Positions 48,730 to 57,716 of a DNA stretch of 64,000 nucleotides are shown piece by piece. Made by a program: the position numbers and the translations under genes. Location: positions 3,424,001-3,488,000 of the forward strand of contig OY769902.1 of the NCBI GenBank assembly GCA_963669175.1, written 5' to 3'. The notes beneath the pieces were generated by a model. That model made no database searches and was not told the DNA's origin. It was given only the letters and a program-made list of their open reading frames with translations. Position 1 is the first letter of the stretch; each line of letters begins with the position of its first letter. Source of the DNA: a bacterium (GTDB lineage Bacteria; Electryoneota; Electryoneia; Electryoneales; Electryoneaceae).

Positions 48730-50479
48730 ACATCCTGAACCGTCTCGTATCCCGTGTCAAAAGGCGAAATTGTGGACCTGTCGCATAATACGTTCGCGAA
48801 CGAACCTGGTATGTGTCCCCGTCCACATCCTGATCAAACTGGTCTTCAAACCGGTAATGAATCCTGTACCCCGCCATTAATTCGAGCTTATTCCATAATT
48901 TCCGTGTAAAAGCAACTGAATAATAGCGGGACTGCCTTTCCTCAAACAGCTCCTGAGTAAACTCATCCCAGACCAGTCGCCCGACATCTTCCAGATCCAT
49001 ACGTCCGGCAAACTCCATGGACCAGTTATAGGATACCGGCACAACCAGCGTATCTGCGGCCGACCAACGTCTGAAAGCCCGGCTCTGAATATCACCTGAT
49101 TCCGTATCTTCAAAATCGTATACCGTGTAATTGGCAATCACAGTGAATGACGCCGAGTTGCGCCACCCTTGCGCAGGTGTCCAGATGACCGCAGGATTGA
49201 TTCGGAAAACTCTGTTCCAATTATTAGCTGCCGATTTGGCCGAATTCAGATTCACGAGGTGGTCAAGCACCATGGACGCATCGACTGTTATTTTGGTCTG
49301 ATCAGAAAGCCAGGCCAACCCCCGAAGTTTTATATAGTGAATCAGCTCATCTTCATCAGAATATTCTGCTGTATCCGGCGAATCATCCTGTGTTTTTGAT
49401 ATGGAATAGCGGACAGTCACACTATCCTGGCCGAAAGCATGAGAATATATCCCGCCCGTCTCATGTACTTTACGCATGACAAGATAGCCTGTGTCCCTGT
49501 CACGAATTGCATAACGGTAATAGAATTCACCACGTCCATTTTCCGGGTGAAACTGTAGCGCAAAACGGTTATCCAACTGCCATTGCCGTTCCTCTCCCAG
49601 ATCAATATTCCGGTAAGACTTGTTTGTTCTATTGACAGATAGTTCATAAACACCGCTCATTGAGTTCCCGACCGGTGTGGTCAATCCATTATTAACCAGG
49701 ATAGTATTGTCGACACGGCTGAAAATGGTGCCATCACTCTGGTTGAACAGGTCACTATGATACTGTTGCCATTGTGCGCTCAACCGGTTGACCGCTTCAC
49801 CAAACCTGTGATAATGTGATGCTATGATATTGGACACATAATACTGACGGTCGCCATACTGGTTATACTTGCCAATACCTTCAAGGTTTGGATATTCTCC
49901 CGTCGGATCTGTATACTGCAACAGACCTCGTGTTGATATGCCACTTCCCTGGCCTTCCAGCCGTTTATCGTGTGCAATGCCACCGAGTAGCTGCACACTG
50001 AGATTATCGTTGAGCCTGTATTCCATGCCGGAACGTACTGCGCCACTGCTGGTCAACCTGTCCTGGCCACGTTTGTCCGGATCTGATTCAAGTTCCGCAG
50101 AATAACGGGTCGGCGTCAGTGAAAAGGAACCAGCCTCCTTACGCTTCGATACTTCCATGTCTTTGAAATAATACCCCTCAACCTCGGTAATCCATTCCAA
50201 TGAAGAGGTATAATGCTTGTTTGCGTTCAGCGATAAACCCGCTTCCTGCACCCATTGAGGTTTAAAATTCTCCATCTCACGCACAGTCAGATTGCCATAT
50301 ACCCGTGACAGAACCTGTGTTCCAACCAACGAGCGCTGCAAGATATTCTCAAGTTTCAAGCTGCGTGTGTTAAGTTCCTGGGTATAACCGCTGCTGAGAG
50401 AATCCACTGATTGCGCTGCTGCGTTGTAAGGGATACTCAGGCAAAGCAATACTCCCAGACAGAATACAACAGCCCTCAC
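48635..50479 (-). CDS. Hypothetical outer-membrane beta-barrel protein
   Basis: Signal peptide, alternating amphipathic strands, C-terminal YFSLSYLW. GTG start after SD GGGAG. Confidence 0.7.
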   Translation of the reverse strand: MRAVVFCLGVLLCLSIPYNAAAQSVDSLSSGYTQELNTRSLKLENILQRSLVGTQVLSRVYGNLTVREMENFKPQWVQEAGLSLNANKHYTSSLEWITEVEGYYFKDMEVSKRKEAGSFSLTPTRYSAELESDPDKRGQDRLTSSGAVRSGMEYRLNDNLSVQLLGGIAHDKRLEGQGSGISTRGLLQYTDPTGEYPNLEGIGKYNQYGDRQYYVSNIIASHYHRFGEAVNRLSAQWQQYHSDLFNQSDGTIFSRVDNTILVNNGLTTPVGNSMSGVYELSVNRTNKSYRNIDLGEERQWQLDNRFALQFHPENGRGEFYYRYAIRDRDTGYLVMRKVHETGGIYSHAFGQDSVTVRYSISKTQDDSPDTAEYSDEDELIHYIKLRGLAWLSDQTKITVDASMVLDHLVNLNSAKSAANNWNRVFRINPAVIWTPAQGWRNSASFTVIANYTVYDFEDTESGDIQSRAFRRWSAADTLVVPVSYNWSMEFAGRMDLEDVGRLVWDEFTQELFEERQSRYYSVAFTRKLWNKLELMAGYRIHYRFEDQFDQDVDGDTYQVRSRTYYATGPQFRLLTRDTRRFRMYVEGSLIHVEDSQRSTGYSLDTIYFSLSYLW

Positions 50480-50685
50480 GTGAACTCCCAGGTACCGGGC
50501 GGCTTTATGTGGAGGGGGATGCCCCATTGGTAGGTGGTGGCCTCCATGGAACCGCAGTGTCTGCCGAAAAACCGGCAGTCAGGCACGTAAGTATCTTATC
50601 ACCAAAATAAGAACAGAATCGAAGAAAATCACGCCATCCTGTTCACAAATTCACTTTTCTAAGCACTTTTCTTCGTAAAACCCGT

Positions 50686-51939
50686 TTACATCTCGCCTGC
50701 ATCATCCACAACATCCGGATTAATATGGATTTGAGGAGCACGGCCCATGAACGCTTCAAATCCCATCATCGCCATCAATTGTAACTGTTTCAATTTCTCC
50801 GCATCCGGTTCCGGATGGGATTCCTCGTCTGCGATCTGCTGTTTGATACGATTCAAGAACACTGCCTGTGCGCCACCAGACGCATTTTGTGTGATCGCTT
50901 CATCAAGATTAAAAGCTGCGCGAAGCCTGTTGGTACGAATCTCCCAGCCTTCGAGCAATTCTGACAGATCATACTCCGGCCGCCATTGCGCACCGGTCTT
51001 ATAAGCGCCTTCAAGGTAAATACGAACTATATCTTTTCTGCTGTATTCGGACTGCTTCAACGCATTTCGGACACGTTCTTCGGTCACCTCATCCTTGTCC
51101 GATCCGGTCAGATTTACAGAAATATCACCATACTTGCGCTCATCCAACCGGACAAATTCAAAACTGTCCGACACAACTCCCTCTTCTTCTACCTCAAGGA
51201 TAAGTACGCCCTTCGCCCCTTTTTCCTTGAACGAACGACTAAAGGGAGATCCGGCATAAGCGCCACGAATCATGTCATTGTTGTCTTTGATGACGGAATG
51301 GCTATGATAATGCCCCAGCGCGGTATAGGTGAAGTCCTGCGCCAGCAGTTCTTCATCCGTGAATGGCGCTGTCACAAGTTGCTTCCCGCCATAACCACCA
51401 TCACGATATTCTCTGGACCCATGGAATAGCAGCAGGTTGATCGATGCAGCGCTTCTCGGCAATTCCTGTTGCAGCAGGCGATTTGTTTCGGCAACATTCA
51501 CGCCGGTTGCCATCGCCGTAAACGAAACATCTGACCTGTCTGGCATATAAAACTGTTCAAAGGAATGATTCCGAACGATGATCACATTGTCCGGCCAGGC
51601 CAGCGCGCCACGGGAAACGACATCCGGCTGATAAGGACTGCCACTACTCAGAAAATCATGATTCCCCGGAACAATGATGACAGGCACTGGCGCCAAACTG
51701 CCCAGCGTCTCCATGATTGTCCGCACAACCTTTAAATCAATCGCTTCCTGGTCCCATAAATCACCCGGTAGCAGAACCAACTCTATCGATTTTTCACGAA
51801 CCAGGTCAACAATCTTCTTCAATACCTGGCGTTCTTCCTGCTCACGCAACCGTACCAGGTCTTCACCGAAAACACTTCCGGAAGGTAAAACCGGCGCTCC
51901 AAGATGCCAGTCCGAACTCTGAAGGATTCGCAGGCTCAT
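50686..51939 (-). CDS. SbcD/Mre11 (YhaO-like) nuclease
   Basis: SDWHLG, PGDLWD, PGNHD, FHGS, ALGHYH and YAGSP motifs. Confidence 0.9.
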   Translation of the reverse strand: MSLRILQSSDWHLGAPVLPSGSVFGEDLVRLREQEERQVLKKIVDLVREKSIELVLLPGDLWDQEAIDLKVVRTIMETLGSLAPVPVIIVPGNHDFLSSGSPYQPDVVSRGALAWPDNVIIVRNHSFEQFYMPDRSDVSFTAMATGVNVAETNRLLQQELPRSAASINLLLFHGSREYRDGGYGGKQLVTAPFTDEELLAQDFTYTALGHYHSHSVIKDNNDMIRGAYAGSPFSRSFKEKGAKGVLILEVEEEGVVSDSFEFVRLDERKYGDISVNLTGSDKDEVTEERVRNALKQSEYSRKDIVRIYLEGAYKTGAQWRPEYDLSELLEGWEIRTNRLRAAFNLDEAITQNASGGAQAVFLNRIKQQIADEESHPEPDAEKLKQLQLMAMMGFEAFMGRAPQIHINPDVVDDAGEM

Positions 51940-54797
51940 GACAGCGCTCCTTCCAGCTCAACCAGGTTCACATTTGAACGCAATTCCTCATCCAGCTCGT
52001 TCAGCCACTGATCGTGACGACTGGAATGACAAGTCATAACAATCACCTGGTTCCCTGCATGTACACGGTCTATCAGTAGCTTCATTCCGTTGATAAACCT
52101 CGCATCATCCAGATGTGCAAAAGGTTCATCCAATACATAAGGCGCATCCACTGATCCTCCTGCCAAGAAGTCACTTAACGCCATTCTTGCGCCAAGAAAC
52201 AGCGCATCCCTGGCGCCGGTTGAAAGCAACCTTTCAACATCTCCGGAATCCAGTTGTTTGCCTGACTCAGGATCACTGACCTGTAGATGCAACTTATTGT
52301 CAAAAACACTGTTCTTCCATTTTGGGATAACGTCAGCCAGGATCGGCTCAAGGCGTTGATTCAATAATCTGGCAGCGTCTTTAAACACGTCTCTTTCTAC
52401 AGTTGCCAGTTCTTTAATTGTATCGTTCAGGACGTTTGTCTGCAATTCCAGGCTTGCCTTACAACGTCTGAGATAGTGGATTTCTTCCTCGATTTTCCTC
52501 TTTTGCTGCGGTCCTTTATCCGTGAGATTGATCAGGCGCACCCTGTCTTCGCTGATGTCCTGGTACAATTCACGAGACTGTTGTTCCAGGTTCTCAAGCT
52601 TTTCTTTCAGGTCGTCTGCTTCACCTTCAATCGCTTCAACCCCATTCATTCCAAGCAGTAAGCGATTCAGTTCATCGCGCCTGCGTTGAAGCTGAACAAG
52701 CGTTTTCTCGTCTTCAGAATCCCGTTCGAGGTTGCGTATTTCTTTGTCAAGTTCTCGCAATCTCTGAGCTTTTTCCGCCTGACGATGAAACAGTTCCGCC
52801 GAGAGTTCCGCGTCTTCCCCGATATCAATATTCACCTCTGCAAGTATCGATTTCAGGCGATTCCAGTACTCCATTACCCTTTCTTTATCGCGGTTCGCTT
52901 CTTCCCGGTGCGCTTCCACCTTCTGCTCTACACCACGGATTTCTTCCATTTTTCTGCCATAGAGCTGAAGCCTGGACATGAAACCATCGATCACGCCCCT
53001 TGTCGGCTCTTCGCCGATCACATAATAATCCGAGTGCTCAAGATATGGCTTCAAAGCGTCGCTTATTTGCCTGACCTGATCCTGTAAATTCTGATATACT
53101 GCCTGTTTCTCGAAGTATTTATCACCACGGCTACCGTACTTCTTTATATCGTGCAGCAAATCCAGCACAGTTTCAACGCTGTCTTCACCAAGCGCTTCAA
53201 CATATTCCTGCAGCGCGCGCTCCTTTCGTTCCACTTCAACTTGTGCCTGCTGATGGGCTTTGCGGAATTCGTTTGCTTTTTTTCGATGCGGAATATGTTC
53301 CGAAAGCGCCAGGATGATTACCGTAATCATGGCGGCTCCGGAAATAGCCAGCGCCCACAAAGCATTGGCCAGCAATTGCCACTCCAGGGCTGCCCCCAGC
53401 GATGCGAGGATGGAAATCAGGACAATGGTAATCACTTGCGGTGTAAAGCGGAACTTGCGCCCGGGGAGATCATATTCTGCGCGTTTATCTTCGGTTTCTT
53501 TCAGAATGCGTTCCGCGACATTCAAGTTTGTTTGAAGATCTTCAAGGTCCACTGCCGCCTTTTCAGGCCAGCGCTCACGTTTAACCCGAATCTTCTCCAG
53601 CCGTACCGGCGGAATTCCATCCGTTACAAGCTTTTCACGTTCCTTGTCATATTCGGCTTCCTGCTTTTCATATTGTACATGAAGCTTTCGCCATTCATTC
53701 AACAACCCGTTAATCTCTGGTATACTGTCATAGTCAATCGCACGAAGTTCCTCGAACTCGGAAAGCTGTAGACGAAGCCGTTCCAGATCCGCTTCTTCAC
53801 GCTGCAGGTTGTCGCCGACATGCTTGCCCTGTTCATATGCTTCCAGGTATCGCTCGTACTGACTGTCAAATTTCCTGATCAAATCAACCGGGAACCCCTG
53901 GTACACTTCAAGTTTCTTGTGTTCGTCTATCAACTCTTCAAGCTTGTGGCGTGCATGCGAAACATTGTGAATACGTTTTTCCAGAATGCTTACCTGGGCC
54001 AGGTGATACCCTTTATTGACCTTCCGGATATCCTCCCTTACCTGTTCCAGTGTTTGCTGCTTACGGTTGTATTCATCCAGAACATCATTGTGTTCTCTTT
54101 GTTGCCGTTCCATATGCAGAAGTTCATCTTCCAACTCTGCCAACCGATGGGAGATACGATCATGAACTGTCTTTGCTTTTACCGGGTTTGACGCCAGAGG
54201 CGGAAAGGCAACATGGTTAAGTGCATGTTCCAGATGTTCAATGGCATTGCGAACTGTGGAATCTCCCGGCGAAGCGGTCACAACTTCCTGTATCTTTTTC
54301 ACCAGGTCACCCGGTGCGGAAAGAAGCGCTGCCTGTTCCTGGTTGATGACAAAACTGCGTAAATAACCTGATACGCTCAACCCACCGGTTAACGCTTCAC
54401 CTAGTGTATCTCTGTTTTTGGATGTAAGAAATTCAGCGCTGACATCACTGATACCAGCTTCTACGACCTTCAGACTTCTCTCTTCAAGGTTTCTGACTAT
54501 CAGCAAATGCCTGCCGTTGTATTCCATCTCCAGTTCCAGGTCAAACCCGGAACCGAGCCAGGGCAGGTAATCATCCGCAAAAGGTTTGTTTCCGGGAAGC
54601 AAACGCTTGCGTTTATCGTACTGCATGCCGAACAAAGCAGAGGTCAACCCTGCCGTCAGGGTGCTTTTCCCGGCCTCATTGTGTCCGACAATGAGGTTCA
54701 GCTTTCCCGGGTCAAATTCCCACCTCCCTTTCAGACGTCCAAAACCGTGTGTCTGAAAAGAAAGCCATCGAATTTTTTTAGCAAGTGGTTCACTCAT
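51936..54797 (-). CDS. SbcC/Rad50-like (YhaN-like) coiled-coil ATPase with central TM hairpin
   Basis: Walker A GHNEAGKST, signature LSTGA, Walker B VLDEPFAHLD, MTCH. Confidence 0.88.
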   Translation of the reverse strand: MSEPLAKKIRWLSFQTHGFGRLKGRWEFDPGKLNLIVGHNEAGKSTLTAGLTSALFGMQYDKRKRLLPGNKPFADDYLPWLGSGFDLELEMEYNGRHLLIVRNLEERSLKVVEAGISDVSAEFLTSKNRDTLGEALTGGLSVSGYLRSFVINQEQAALLSAPGDLVKKIQEVVTASPGDSTVRNAIEHLEHALNHVAFPPLASNPVKAKTVHDRISHRLAELEDELLHMERQQREHNDVLDEYNRKQQTLEQVREDIRKVNKGYHLAQVSILEKRIHNVSHARHKLEELIDEHKKLEVYQGFPVDLIRKFDSQYERYLEAYEQGKHVGDNLQREEADLERLRLQLSEFEELRAIDYDSIPEINGLLNEWRKLHVQYEKQEAEYDKEREKLVTDGIPPVRLEKIRVKRERWPEKAAVDLEDLQTNLNVAERILKETEDKRAEYDLPGRKFRFTPQVITIVLISILASLGAALEWQLLANALWALAISGAAMITVIILALSEHIPHRKKANEFRKAHQQAQVEVERKERALQEYVEALGEDSVETVLDLLHDIKKYGSRGDKYFEKQAVYQNLQDQVRQISDALKPYLEHSDYYVIGEEPTRGVIDGFMSRLQLYGRKMEEIRGVEQKVEAHREEANRDKERVMEYWNRLKSILAEVNIDIGEDAELSAELFHRQAEKAQRLRELDKEIRNLERDSEDEKTLVQLQRRRDELNRLLLGMNGVEAIEGEADDLKEKLENLEQQSRELYQDISEDRVRLINLTDKGPQQKRKIEEEIHYLRRCKASLELQTNVLNDTIKELATVERDVFKDAARLLNQRLEPILADVIPKWKNSVFDNKLHLQVSDPESGKQLDSGDVERLLSTGARDALFLGARMALSDFLAGGSVDAPYVLDEPFAHLDDARFINGMKLLIDRVHAGNQVIVMTCHSSRHDQWLNELDEELRSNVNLVELEGALS

Positions 54798-54810
54798 TGC
54801 TGTTCAGCTT

Positions 54811-55659
54811 TCATCGCAAGAATTTGAACAGTTCGTTGTCAGGCGGTAAGACTAACGTCGTTTTGTCATCCAGGGTTTTCTTGTACATCTCCATGGTTCT
54901 CATGAATTCGAAGAAAGATGGATCCTGGTTAAACGCGTTGGCATAAATATCAATCGCCTTGGCCTCGGCTTCACCACGTGCAATCTGTGACTTCTTATAA
55001 GCCCCGGCAAGGATTTCTTTTACATCCTTATCCGCCTGTGCGCGAATAGTGCGCGCTTCTCTGTCCCCTGCGCTTCGGTACAGGTTCGCGCTTCGTTGTC
55101 GTTCCGCACGCATCCGTCTGAAGATCGCCTCTTCATTTTCTTCCGGCAGGTCAGTACGTTTGATCCGCACATCCAGAATTTCAATCCCATATTCCGACGC
55201 CTTTTCGCTCGCGCCCAGGGTCACATTCACCATAATTGTGTCACGGTTCGTATTGACAATCTCTTCCAGCGTATGCTGTCCCAGTTCCTTCAACAAGTCA
55301 GAATAGATGATGTCATCCAAACGTGACTGGGCGCCAGCCTCGGTGCGAACAGTCTGTCGGAACATGAGCGGATCAACAATGCGCCAACGCGCATATGAAT
55401 CCACCACCATGTTCTTCTTATCCTGGGTAACCACAATGTTGGGCGGCGTATCATAAACCAGGAGCCGTTTTTCAAAGTACTCGACTGAGTGAAATGGCGG
55501 TGGAAGTTTGAAATGCAATCCCGCTTCATCCGCTCTTCCTACAGGCTTCCCGAATTGCAGGATAATCGCCTGTTGTGTCTCATCCAGTTTGTAGGTTACC
55601 AGGTTGAAAGCGATTAACAGGACAACCAGTCCGATCAGGATCTTGAATGCGTTGCTCAT
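54811..55659 (-). CDS. hflC: FtsH modulator HflC
   Basis: SPFH domain; GLHFKLP, DKKNMVVD.YARWRI.DP, RMRAER and FF.FMR motifs. Confidence 0.92.
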   Translation of the reverse strand: MSNAFKILIGLVVLLIAFNLVTYKLDETQQAIILQFGKPVGRADEAGLHFKLPPPFHSVEYFEKRLLVYDTPPNIVVTQDKKNMVVDSYARWRIVDPLMFRQTVRTEAGAQSRLDDIIYSDLLKELGQHTLEEIVNTNRDTIMVNVTLGASEKASEYGIEILDVRIKRTDLPEENEEAIFRRMRAERQRSANLYRSAGDREARTIRAQADKDVKEILAGAYKKSQIARGEAEAKAIDIYANAFNQDPSFFEFMRTMEMYKKTLDDKTTLVLPPDNELFKFLR

Positions 55660-56651
55660 TTTGACCCTCCACGGTTTGAAGGATCCGGAATGCCGGGTGC
55701 AACCACATTGATCAGGTCGCTTCCCGGATTGGTCTGGAGGATGTACTTGGTCAGGCCGGGCAACACCTCCTCCATCGTTTCAATCAACATCCGTTTTCGA
55801 GTGACTGTAGGCGCTTTTCGATACGCTCGCAACATGGCAACAAACCTGTCCGCATCACCTTCTGCACGTGTCACACGTTCAATCGCAAACGCCTCAGCCT
55901 GCAGGATCATCTCGGCCGCTTCACCTTCCGCCTTGGGAACGATATCGTTGCGATAACTGTGCGCTTCATTGATCAGACGTGCGCTGTCTTCCTTGGCAGA
56001 GGCGACTTCGCGAAACGCATCGGCGACTTCCTGCGGAGGCAACACATCCTGCAACTGCACTTGCGTGACCTGAACACCACAATGATAGTTGTCCAGGATG
56101 TCTTGTAGCTGAGTCAGCGTTTCAACCTGTATAACTTCTTTGCCGGTTGTCAGCACCTCATCGATCTCATGCTGACCGACAACCTGCCGGATAACCGCTT
56201 CTGTCGCCAATCGAATCGTTGTAGGCACATCTCGCACATAGAAGAGGTATTTAACCGGATCGGCAATCTTGTACTGAACGATCAGGTCAATATCTATAAT
56301 GTTCAGCGAACCCGTAAGCATCAGGGATTCTTCGGGAACATCACGTACTCCACGCCGATCCTTCCGATACCCCATCGAGATTCTTTTTACTTCTGTCACT
56401 TTTGGCAGGTAAACAGCTTCCACCGGCCATGGGATACGGTAGTGCAACCCGGAAGAAGTCACCCTGGAAAGTTTCCCGAAGCGAAGAATGACGCCCGCTT
56501 CATCTGGTCCGACGATGTAGAATCCTGTTGCCAGCCATAGAACCAGTGGAATAATCAACAGGTAGAGCGGATTCTGCTTAAACATGCCATTGAAATCAGG
56601 CACTTTGTACGTCTTATCACCAACCGTGTAGTACTTGTACGAAATGGGCAT
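55656..56651 (-). CDS. hflK: FtsH modulator HflK
   Basis: SPFH domain; GVILRFGK, MLTG..NI, PP.EV.DAF.EV and AP.VTR.R..IETMEEV motifs. Confidence 0.92.
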   Translation of the reverse strand: MPISYKYYTVGDKTYKVPDFNGMFKQNPLYLLIIPLVLWLATGFYIVGPDEAGVILRFGKLSRVTSSGLHYRIPWPVEAVYLPKVTEVKRISMGYRKDRRGVRDVPEESLMLTGSLNIIDIDLIVQYKIADPVKYLFYVRDVPTTIRLATEAVIRQVVGQHEIDEVLTTGKEVIQVETLTQLQDILDNYHCGVQVTQVQLQDVLPPQEVADAFREVASAKEDSARLINEAHSYRNDIVPKAEGEAAEMILQAEAFAIERVTRAEGDADRFVAMLRAYRKAPTVTRKRMLIETMEEVLPGLTKYILQTNPGSDLINVVAPGIPDPSNRGGSK

Positions 56652-56683
56652 ATGCCCTCCGTCAGTGTGCAAGTGAAGCCCGG

Positions 56684-57541
56684 TTAACGAATGATATAGC
56701 TGTATTGCAGGTAATGTTCAAATGTCTTTTTATCCGTATGATAGACAATGGCATAATCGACAAATATTCCAGCTTTGGGGGAAGCTACGCCAATACCGGC
56801 AGTATACCATTTATCCTCGTCCCATACAGTGTAGCCGGCCCTGATTGCCATGTCCTTCTGATTTGATATTTCTATTCCCATACGGAACCTATCCCTGAAC
56901 CACACCTTTTCCGGCCAGAAATCGGAAGCTGTCCCTACACTCCAGGTGAACGCACCAAGTTCATACGCTGCGCCATAATCGATATGCCGTTCCATGGTTT
57001 CAAGACGATTCGCGAAAGGCGAAACATTCCTGAGGACAATGCCAATATTGGCGCCGCTGGGGCCAGCGCCCATAAATCCGACATCTATCGGAAGCCCACC
57101 AATCCATTTTCCACTTTCCGTTCTCTCCATTGTCGGCTTGATATCCACTGCCGCCGGCGAATAAGGCGAAAAACTGTATGCGAACGGAAAAGCGAGCATG
57201 GCGTTGCGGCGCATTCCGGATTTGGTCGGCATCAGCCAGCCTTGTGCGAATAATGCAAGCGGAAATCCGAACTCTGTTTTCCTGTTATAGGCTTGCACCC
57301 ACCAGCTCCTGGGGTACCTGTCAAATGCGACAGGCTGCATTCCGGCACAACCACTCAGAACCTGGTAAACCATGCTGGCTGGATTATGATAAATGGATGT
57401 CGGCCCGAAAGTGAGAGCATTGGTAGCCCCACCCATGCCCGCTTCACGCGCTCCGATTGGCTCAAAATAGGGTAAAGGATCTGCTGTGGCAGAAACGGTA
57501 ACCAGCAGAAGTATCATGTAAATCAATGAAAAACGTGCCAC
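56684..57541 (-). CDS. PorV/FadL-like outer-membrane barrel
   Basis: Signal peptide, IGAREAGMGGA......SIYHNPA.M N-terminal motif, RAGY and DYA motifs. Confidence 0.65.
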   Translation of the reverse strand: MARFSLIYMILLLVTVSATADPLPYFEPIGAREAGMGGATNALTFGPTSIYHNPASMVYQVLSGCAGMQPVAFDRYPRSWWVQAYNRKTEFGFPLALFAQGWLMPTKSGMRRNAMLAFPFAYSFSPYSPAAVDIKPTMERTESGKWIGGLPIDVGFMGAGPSGANIGIVLRNVSPFANRLETMERHIDYGAAYELGAFTWSVGTASDFWPEKVWFRDRFRMGIEISNQKDMAIRAGYTVWDEDKWYTAGIGVASPKAGIFVDYAIVYHTDKKTFEHYLQYSYIIR

Positions 57542-57716
57542 CTTTTCCTCAAGCGTTAGTTGAACTGATAAGCTAGCTCCGATAATGGAACCGGGCAAGT
57601 GGTGCAACAAGATATCATTTTTCGGACACTATTTCGAGTCACCGGGTGAACTTGCCCTTGCAAGGGTTGTTCCTCTATCTTATTACAGGTGAAACGGTTC
57701 AACAGGAGAGGCTGAC

